Shown in pieces: positions 20,000 through 28,100 of a DNA stretch of 32,000 bases. The notes under the pieces were generated by a model. The model made no database searches. It was not told the DNA's origin and worked only from the letters and a program-made list of their open reading frames with translations. A program made the translations under genes and the position numbers. Within the stretch, counting starts at the first letter, position 1, and each line of letters starts with the position of its first letter. The stretch is from contig JADGIF010000024.1 of NCBI GenBank assembly GCA_018985225.1, forward strand, positions 3,606-35,605, read 5' to 3'. This DNA is from Amoeboradix gromovi X-113 (taxonomy: Eukaryota > Fungi > Sanchytriomycota).

Positions 20000-21778
20000 A
20001 TGAAACTAGGTGCACTTGTATCTGGAGGCAAAGACTCATTGTTGGCTGCTTGTCATGCAGCATTCTTAAATCATACAATAGAATGCGTAATGCACTTAGA
20101 AACTACTAAAGAAGTGGATTCATATTTGATACAATCTGTAGGTAGTAGCCACGTAAAGACAATTGCACAAGCTATGGAAATACCGTATTTAGGTAATAAA
20201 ACAAATGGAATAGCAACACAAAAGGACGCGTACATCACTGATATCGATGTTAATGATGAAACTTACGATTTATACATATTGATAAAAGAAGCAAAGTTAA
20301 AGCACAAGCTCGATGGTATTATAAGTGGCGCCATTGAATCAGATTATCAGCGACTTAGAATAGAATTCATCTGTCAGAAACTGAGTTTAACCTCGTTTGC
20401 TCCCTTGTGGAAATCAGATCCCGCAACTTTATTTAAAGAACTGCAAATTGTAGATTCTATAATTGTCAAAGTTGCATCTCTTGGGTTAAATCAGACACAC
20501 ATAGGTAAGAATGTTGTGGACTTGCAGTCTGAATTGATGGACTTGTTTAACAAATATAAAATTCACCCACTCGGTGAAGGAGGTGAATTTGAGACTTTTA
20601 CAACATACTGCCCATTATTTAAACACTCAATTGAGCTAGATTACAATCTAGTGGATGAAAAGCAGTCCAGTTTTTCTGATATCACTTCATCAAAGTTGGT
20701 CCCAATCAAAAATTCCAAATCATTATCAATTTTAGCATCTACTCGTTTGTTTGACAATGATTCAAGTACAGTTTACTCATCCCCTATAAAGGCACCTTGC
20801 AATAAACTCATATTACCAGTTATAGATCATGTATTTACCGTATATGCAAATTATATATCCTTGTCTAATTTTTTCATTTACAAGTCAAGCGAAGATTTTA
20901 ACAGCTCAGTATCTAAAGGCTTGACTGATTTAAAACTGGCAATCAACAAATTTACGAATTCCGTTGATTTAAGCGCGTTATTGATCGTGCATGTATATAT
21001 TCAGGATATGTCTCTGTTTGGTCAATTTAACACCATTTACGGTTCCTTATTTAGCATCAGGCCACCTGCTCGTGCATGTGTTCAACTTGATCTACCCAGC
21101 AACGTTATTTGTAAAATTGATGTAATCATCAGTAAACCCGCGTACGACCGTAAAGTGATGCATGTGAGCAGTATCAGCCACAAGTATCCTGCCAATATCG
21201 GTCCTTACTCGCAATGCCAATCTCCACTAATTGAAGATGGAATTTCTTTTATTGCTGGTCAAGTTGGATTTGTGCCGATAAAGCTTTCCTACCCTACAAG
21301 TGAGAATGAAGTGCAAGCAACAATCAAACAGAACAGTTTGTCTATTCAGCATGTCAAGTCGATCTGCGATGAAATGGGTATTGTGCCAGCGACTGCAGTA
21401 GGGTTTACAAGAAATGTTTCATTTAATTCTGAAATTTTAAACAAAATGAACGAGGAATATCCTAGTCTACCTGCTTTTTTGGTGCAAGTCGATAGGCTAC
21501 CAAAGGATGGACAGGTGGAGTGGCTGTGCATGGCTACAGCTAAAAAACTAGTGTACAAGTGCATTAAAGCTGATAAGGAAGTGATTTATGAAAACAAATT
21601 GGTAAGGATTGTACTGGGAAACGGGGACCATACCCAATTAATAGACAAGGAAAGAATGCAGTCATTTTATGTCGTAGATCACATCTGGGAGAGAAAAGAG
21701 AGCAGTGCATTTATAGTCCCAGTTAACAAGATTTATATGCGAGATACTTATAAGTACGCTATGATTGAGATTAAATAA
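20000..21778 (+). CDS. DPH6: Diphthine--ammonia ligase Dph6 with C-terminal YjgF/RidA-like domains
   Basis: PP-loop ALVSGGKDS, GAIESDYQRLRIE, APLWK and GEGGEFET, followed by the YjgF-like segments DMSLFGQFNTIYG..PPARACV, PANIGPYSQ, AGQVG and LPKDGQVEW. Confidence 0.95.
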   Translation: MKLGALVSGGKDSLLAACHAAFLNHTIECVMHLETTKEVDSYLIQSVGSSHVKTIAQAMEIPYLGNKTNGIATQKDAYITDIDVNDETYDLYILIKEAKLKHKLDGIISGAIESDYQRLRIEFICQKLSLTSFAPLWKSDPATLFKELQIVDSIIVKVASLGLNQTHIGKNVVDLQSELMDLFNKYKIHPLGEGGEFETFTTYCPLFKHSIELDYNLVDEKQSSFSDITSSKLVPIKNSKSLSILASTRLFDNDSSTVYSSPIKAPCNKLILPVIDHVFTVYANYISLSNFFIYKSSEDFNSSVSKGLTDLKLAINKFTNSVDLSALLIVHVYIQDMSLFGQFNTIYGSLFSIRPPARACVQLDLPSNVICKIDVIISKPAYDRKVMHVSSISHKYPANIGPYSQCQSPLIEDGISFIAGQVGFVPIKLSYPTSENEVQATIKQNSLSIQHVKSICDEMGIVPATAVGFTRNVSFNSEILNKMNEEYPSLPAFLVQVDRLPKDGQVEWLCMATAKKLVYKCIKADKEVIYENKLVRIVLGNGDHTQLIDKERMQSFYVVDHIWERKESSAFIVPVNKIYMRDTYKYAMIEIK

Positions 21779-22311
21779 ACCAAGTTGCTCTGCAAACCTG
21801 CTTTTTATACTGTCAAAATACTCAGTGAAAGTGTGAAAACTATCTTAGTAGTCTTAGGGCCAATAAGTTAACCATTTCTATGACATGAACCATTTCATTT
21901 GTAAAAATTGCGTGATGGGATAGGATTTACATTAAAGGTACTTTTACATTTGCTGCTAAGTAGTAAAAATTGTAAACTTGATTAAATAACCCCCACCTTT
22001 TGCGTATAATGCATATTTCATGCAAAAGAGCATTCCACAGGGCGTTAAGGTAGCTCAACACCAATATACACAAGTACATCTAAAAGTATGCTGCGGCAGT
22101 ATTTGGTCTGAGTGACGATTTTAGGAAATAGCGGTACACGAAAGCCATTTATCATGGATTTCCGATAATCCAAAATAGCAAGATTAACAGCACACCTAAA
22201 TTTTGCGCTATTACACTCTGTAGCTTATTGTTTTATAATGGATATTCTGCCTCCACATCTTGCTAGAGCACGTGTCAAACACACAAATTTCTTGCTAGAC
22301 CTGTTTATTAT

Positions 22312-22488
22312 ATGGAGGGAAGAGGACATAATAGTAAAAAGAATAACTCAACTAGGATCAGAGTGGAAAGGCTAGCACATGTGCCTAGCCAACCAACTCT
22401 ATCGTACTATCCTCATAATTTCAAAGCAATTCAACACCGGTTAGTTTATGAGATTTATGTTCGAATGCTTAAGAATTATGACAGTTAA
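22312..22488 (+). CDS. Unannotated 58-aa microprotein, paralog A
   Basis: MEGRGHNSKKNNSTRIRVERLAHVPSQPTLSYYPHNFKAIQHRLVYEIYVRMLKNYDS*. 41/58 aa identical to 23271..23447, same length, no indels, many synonymous differences. Confidence 0.7.
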   Translation: MEGRGHNSKKNNSTRIRVERLAHVPSQPTLSYYPHNFKAIQHRLVYEIYVRMLKNYDS

Positions 22489-23270
22489 GTTTTAATTTAT
22501 TGGATCGCTCTATTCTCCAATCGAATGCTTTGGAAGTGCATAGGGTGGTAAGGGAATCAGACTTGGCCAAGGTTGAATTTCAACATGAGAATTACTTGCT
22601 AAAATGTTTAAGGGACACACTCAAGGCACTAAAATTCTCTCGATCGAAATTGTGACTAAACTGACTCTAGGTGCAAGTCACACACGCGAGTATACTCAAC
22701 AAATGACATTTTTAGTTCCTAAACGGAATCAACTGAATTACCAACCTTAATGTATTTGGAATTTTATCAGCTCGCATGTTGAAAAAATACCTCAATTCAA
22801 GGGGTAAATTACGGCTATGCATGCCAGTTGGAAAGTAGAACTTTTTAACATGCTAAGAGTCTCTGTAGATTCGAATGTATGCATAATCCTTTTATTCTTG
22901 AAGCATGTACGTCATGATCTTAAACTACTACCAAGGATAAAATAAATGCTAGTAATCTGTAGATCGTAGCAAGCGCAAAACCTACTTCATATTAAATTTA
23001 ATCATAATGGATCATCTCAGATTTTTTTGAACAGCTGACTGCAATTTGGCTCCAACGTCTCAATTTATGTTCTTTGTAAAAACGCCATTTGAATGGCAGT
23101 ATACGTAAATGGTTCTCATTTGAAGTTTTCTTTTTATCCGGTGGTATAAAAGCAATAATTATACAAGTCGTGATGAATAAAATTATCGAATCGCCACAGA
23201 TGGATAGCCATTTGCGGATACACGTGTTCAAGTTAAAGATATTCAAACCCGCCCTCAATATTTAATTTAA

Positions 23271-23447
23271 ATGGAAAGACTATTGCATAGTAGCAAGCGC
23301 AACAACTCAACCAGGATTAAAGTTGAGAAACTAGAGCATGTGCCTTACCAGCCTACCCTGTCTTATTATCCTCACAATTTTAAAGCAATTCAGCATCCAC
23401 TAGTATATGATATATATGTTAAAATAATTAATAATTATCCTAAATAA
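23271..23447 (+). CDS. Unannotated 58-aa microprotein, paralog B
   Basis: MERLLHSSKRNNSTRIKVEKLEHVPYQPTLSYYPHNFKAIQHPLVYDIYVKIINNYPK*. The stop overlaps AATAAA, as in several real genes here. Confidence 0.7.
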   Translation: MERLLHSSKRNNSTRIKVEKLEHVPYQPTLSYYPHNFKAIQHPLVYDIYVKIINNYPK

Positions 23448-23584
23448 AACTCGGAACGGCTTCTTTCGGCATCCTGAAACAAATCCAACTTGGATTTAAG
23501 TAAATAACACTTCGGTTGTAATACGAACAGAGTTTATGTAGTCTGTAATGTAACTTTGTAATTTTTCAATAGAACAAAAATAGG

Positions 23585-24361
23585 ATGAAACCTTGTGCAA
23601 AATGCGACTCATCTACCGACATAATTCTAAATTGTACACCATTTTGTAAGAATTGCTTACTAGACAGGACCAAAAAGAATTTTATAAGGACTTTGTCACG
23701 AGCATTAGACACAAAGGGAAGATATGACAAATCCAGGAAGAAATTCAAAGTTATGGTCGCCTATAACGGATCCTTGTCATCTAAATGCTGTATTCACATT
23801 TTACATGACTATGTGTGCAACAGACCTCAAGTCGAAAGTATAGTTTTATGCAACATAAAATGTGCAGATTGGCATTCCCCTTACGAGATTGAGCGACTAT
23901 CTACATTCCCAATTGTTCAAAAAACTATTCCTAAAGATCCTAATAATATTCCTCAGGGTCAGAACTTCATTGCTCTTCTAGATAATGAGTTGTTAAATTC
24001 AGCCATCGAGAATGATTGTAACATCTTACTCTATTGCCATGACACCGAGCACCTAGCCTCACAACTTCTTACCAAAATAGTCTGCGGAAATGCCGCCGGA
24101 ATCGAAAGCTTTGAAGTGTTTGATAAAAAGATCGTGAACGCAAACGAAATCAAGGTCGTTTATCCACTGCAGGAAATCACCCGACAAGAACTTGTCAACT
24201 ATGCAGAAATAATGAACATTGGTTTCACGATTTGTCATAATCCTGGATCAGATTTCTTGAACATAACCAAAAACTTTTTATTCTCCCAACAGAAAATAAA
24301 GGCGTCGACTTGTTCCATAATAACAAAAACACTTTCTAAAGTGAAAACACATAATAAATAG
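23585..24361 (+). CDS. NCS2: Cytoplasmic tRNA 2-thiolation protein 2 (Ncs2/Ctu2), C-terminally shortened
   Basis: N-terminal CxxC..FCxxC, degenerate PP-loop KVMVAYNGSLSS, then LASQLLTKIVCG, VVYPLQEITRQELVNY and STCSIITKTLSKV. Confidence 0.8.
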   Translation: MKPCAKCDSSTDIILNCTPFCKNCLLDRTKKNFIRTLSRALDTKGRYDKSRKKFKVMVAYNGSLSSKCCIHILHDYVCNRPQVESIVLCNIKCADWHSPYEIERLSTFPIVQKTIPKDPNNIPQGQNFIALLDNELLNSAIENDCNILLYCHDTEHLASQLLTKIVCGNAAGIESFEVFDKKIVNANEIKVVYPLQEITRQELVNYAEIMNIGFTICHNPGSDFLNITKNFLFSQQKIKASTCSIITKTLSKVKTHNK

Positions 24362-24364
24362 CGA

Positions 24365-24994
24365 TTAACCGTTTATTTTGTTTGCATTGACTATTTCAAT
24401 TAGCTCCTTGGCTACGGTCTCGTCTTTGAACAAGATTCCAACAGTCTCTAGTTTCCCATCTACGATCACTGAAAACGCTACTGATTTAGACTGTTGCGGC
24501 AATTGAAACACCTTGTTTTCTAAGAGAACCACTGCGTTAAGCATTATGGTTTTCATAGCGGACCCTTCTCTGTATATAACATGTAGTTTGGCAGCTGTTT
24601 CTTTATCAGCTACTTCTCCATCAGAGTCTTTAGTGCTTTTCTTCTTTTTATTGAGCCTTTTCTTTTCTATTTCATACAAATATACAGTCCCGTTCTTAGA
24701 CTTTTTTGTCCACGCTCCATTTTCACTCAAAAACAAAGAGGCATGCTTTCCAGTAAATAATGGCGCATCCTCTTCTTCAATCTCCTCTTTTTTCACCAGC
24801 TTAAAGTCTGCTTTGGATGGGGTGTTCGGCACCGAATCTAACTCTCTATTGTCTGCTTTGGGTATTTTAACCTCACTACCGAATAATTTTTCAGGGATAC
24901 TTAACTCTGACTGTTCTGCAGATCTTTTGGATGGAAGGCTTAGCTGATTTGTTTGTCCAAATTGTACTTTCTTAGGCGTTTGCATTTGTGACAT
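24365..24994 (-). CDS. Ran-binding-domain (RanBP1/PH fold) protein, Nup2/Nup50- or Yrb2-like
   Basis: Low-complexity N-terminus (KRSAEQ, LFG), then a RanBD: EEEDAPLF..ASLF..W..KNGTVYL..HVIYRE..IMLNA..FKDETVAKEL. Confidence 0.7.
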   Translation of the reverse strand: MSQMQTPKKVQFGQTNQLSLPSKRSAEQSELSIPEKLFGSEVKIPKADNRELDSVPNTPSKADFKLVKKEEIEEEDAPLFTGKHASLFLSENGAWTKKSKNGTVYLYEIEKKRLNKKKKSTKDSDGEVADKETAAKLHVIYREGSAMKTIMLNAVVLLENKVFQLPQQSKSVAFSVIVDGKLETVGILFKDETVAKELIEIVNANKING

Positions 24995-26205
24995 GTTACG
25001 AAATTAGGAAAACGTATTAAAACAAATGTCTCAAAAAATAAAGCTAATCAGTTATATTTATCACCTGTGCTCCAGGAGAATACCCGTTATGACCAGTTAT
25101 TGTTCGGCATCATGCAGGGTTTCCTTATTTCTCTGGAAGTCTTGTATCCTTAAGATTCTTTGACACGCATTTGCATCTATATCCGCGAATACATCTGAGT
25201 GGATTCACTGAAATAATCTTGGACCTTTCACGGTACCGCCTGATACTCTTACACTGCCCATCATTCCTGTGACAGCTGCAACGGTCTTTCTATTTTATAT
25301 ACTCAGAAATAACCAGGGTAGAGACTTTCTACTAGGAGCATTCTGCATTTTCCTATTTGACACACTACGAGCTCTCTATTCGCCGTAAGTATAACAGTCA
25401 TTACAATTGTAAACTGTGTTCTAGTTACGCCCCTCGTTCTTTATTTTGTCCATAACCTGTAGTAATCATCGTATTTCACATTCGTGGCTTAAAGACTTTA
25501 TAGATCTGCTTCTGTATATCAGATCCGTTACTTTGTGGTCAAATTTGGAATCGTCAAAAGCGGCATTACTAACTTCTATCCTGCCTTATCTGGATCTCTA
25601 CAACTTAAAGTATACATGTTTACATTAATTCATAATTGATTGTGGTTTTGCAATCCACAAAGATTGGCTCTAGCGCATAGCTTGCTCTAACTATTTCTTT
25701 AGCCCATTCCTCTTTGTTATCAAATGTGTGGAACACTCTCGGGTATCTTAAGCGTCCTTTTAACAGGATATTGCACAATGTATTGATACAATATTCTCTT
25801 CCACGCAGTGAATATCTGCTAAACGCCTAAAACTGCTATTGCGATACTAATGTGCTTAAAGGTATTCTGTTATACACAGACCCGTAGAACCGCTTTATGA
25901 TTTTGATACCTATTACAGGCTGACTTATACTTTACAGGCAACCCATTCTATAAAATGTGAACTTGTCATTAGGACATTGCTCTCCTCTTTTGGTAGACTT
26001 AAATGGTAGCAATATCTGGATCTAACGGAAAGTTTTTCGCGTGTTTGATGAATACATTTTTGTTTCTTTTTTGTCAACCCATTTACACCCCCAGTCTACG
26101 TTTCTTGGAGACTGTCACATTGTTTTGAAAAACTAGAAATCTAGTTACGTTTGAATTAAATACACGAGTTATGTGCGTTACATATGAATCTTGAAATCAA
26201 GAAGT

Positions 26206-27236
26206 TTATTCAAACTCTAGAGGGATACCCTCTTTTGGGTACATCCAATCGAACCTATCCTTGATTGCTCCATTTTGAATATCAACTATTGTGTTATATA
26301 ATTCTAGCAATTTTGGATGTAACTGGTCCCCATATTTGAACGTCTCATTAGTTACTGAGTGATCTATTTGACTAATTGCAGTAATGACAACTAAATGAGC
26401 TAAAATATACCTGCTGTTCCAACAGCTCCAACAGCTTCGAATTCCGACAGTTCCTTGTATGGTATATTTCTATTTTGAACAGTTAGGCCCATCATTTTTT
26501 CTGCAATTTCACAAATTGATAATCGAGTTATTGATTGCAGGATAGAATGACTGGCCGGTGTTGACAACACATTTCCTTTGATTCCGATAAAGTTAGAGGT
26601 TGCAAACTCTTCAATGTTCTTTTTCTCCAATGGATCTAGATACAAAGTAATGGGGTATCCTTTGCTCTTGGCCTCACGAGCTGGTTTTAATGTTGGAGCA
26701 TAGTTTCCAGCGAGTTTGGCATTTCCAGTTCCTTTCGGTGCAGCTCTGTCTAGGTCCACTATTAGTGCGCGCACTGGATTGATCCCGTTTGCATAATAGT
26801 TACCGACTGGAATTGCAAATACAAGAAAAGTGTACTCACTACTTTCATGTAATCCCAATTGAGCACCAGATCCAAACAACAATGGTCTTATGTACATGCT
26901 AGGTTCACCTTTCAGGCAGTCCTTGTTTCTATCTAAGCAAACTGTTATAGCTTCAAGAAACAGATCAATTGGTGGACATTCCATGGAAGAAGCAATAGCT
27001 GACAGTTGCATTCTTTTATGGTTCTCGTGTGGTCTAAAGCATCTTAAGACATTGCCTTGTTTGAATGCTTTTAATCCTTCAAATGCAGCTTGTCCATAAT
27101 GTAAGCCAGAACTAGCTATGTGAATGTTCATGGTGAAGTTATCCTTTTCCTTGGCATGATATTCTAGTAATGACCACTTTTCATTTTTAAATACCGCAGA
27201 GACATATCCATTTGTATCTTTCCATCCAAATGACAT
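26206..27236 (-). CDS. Branched-chain amino acid aminotransferase (PLP fold IV); complement(join(26206..26390,26411..27236)), ~336 aa
   Basis: GLHYGQAAFEGLKAF, YIRPLLFG, PLP lysine motif KLAGNYAP and ILQSITR. Splicing restores GTAVVITAI and the C-terminus LYNTIVDIQNGAIKDRFDW. Confidence 0.93.
26391..26410 (-). other. 20-nt spliceosomal intron in BCAT
   Basis: GTATATTTTAGCTCATTTAG, phase 1. Removal shifts frame and restores the conserved GTAxVIT motif plus about 60 aa. Confidence 0.9.
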
Positions 27237-28100
27237 TTTAAAACAGGGATAACAAGACAATCACGAGACATGGTCAATAAAGCAAAGCATACTTAAAGGA
27301 TGATGCCAAGAAGAAAAGAGACATTTGTTTAAAAAGTGTATAAAGGCGATGAAGAAGATGCCAAACCCATGATACACACAAGACCTATTAAACTATTCTA
27401 CACACTAAATCAATCACAAACCCTGATAAAGTTATAAAATTTGCCAATGGCAGAGACTAAAATTCTTAAAAAAACAGCTGCCAAATTATTGGCAATCTAA
27501 ATTTGGCAACGGGGACACCTGTCAGACAGATACGGCTATGGGCTTTGATTTAATACATCGTTTGTCGCAATTAAGTGGATTCCATCTCTCACACAGAATT
27601 CATAACTGTAATATCACAGTAGGACAAAACTCGATGTTCTTCATTTTTATTGATGACAAGCGCATCCTAGTATTCCCAGCCAGAATGTATGATATCATAA
27701 GCATCGCCAAGCAATACAGAGTAGTTCTTTTGCATGCAGAAGTGGCCGAATGTAAGGACGCATATAGTACTAAAAGGTATAGAATTCTAAAGAAACATGT
27801 GTCTAAAAACTTCATTTAAGAGTAGGCACAATACAATTTGGTTAGATATGTCTAAAACTTACTCCGATTCAGTCTCACCTCAATGCAGTGAAAGCGTAAG
27901 AGACCGCTAAGGAATCGTAGTTAATTGCTCGGTCTGGCCCAGTTCTGAAATTTGAGAAACGATTTATGATATTTTTGAGTAGCAGTGTCTCAAATTGATT
28001 TAACGCTAAAGAAAGTTATCGTAAAGCTGCTGGCTTGCGTAAAATAGTGTCACAAAGTATCGAGTAGTATATAGTTCAAAACTTGAGGCAAATTCATTTA

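Noticed and set aside
22966-22978. 13-nt match GTAGCAAGCGCAA to microprotein B, as a possible third copy
   Set aside because: There is no ATG-led frame and no similarity to the conserved core beyond the match.
27538-27819. Overlapping ORFs 27538..27819 (+) and 27600..27815 (-) as real genes
   Set aside because: No motif, paralog or other support; I cannot tell which, if either, is coding.
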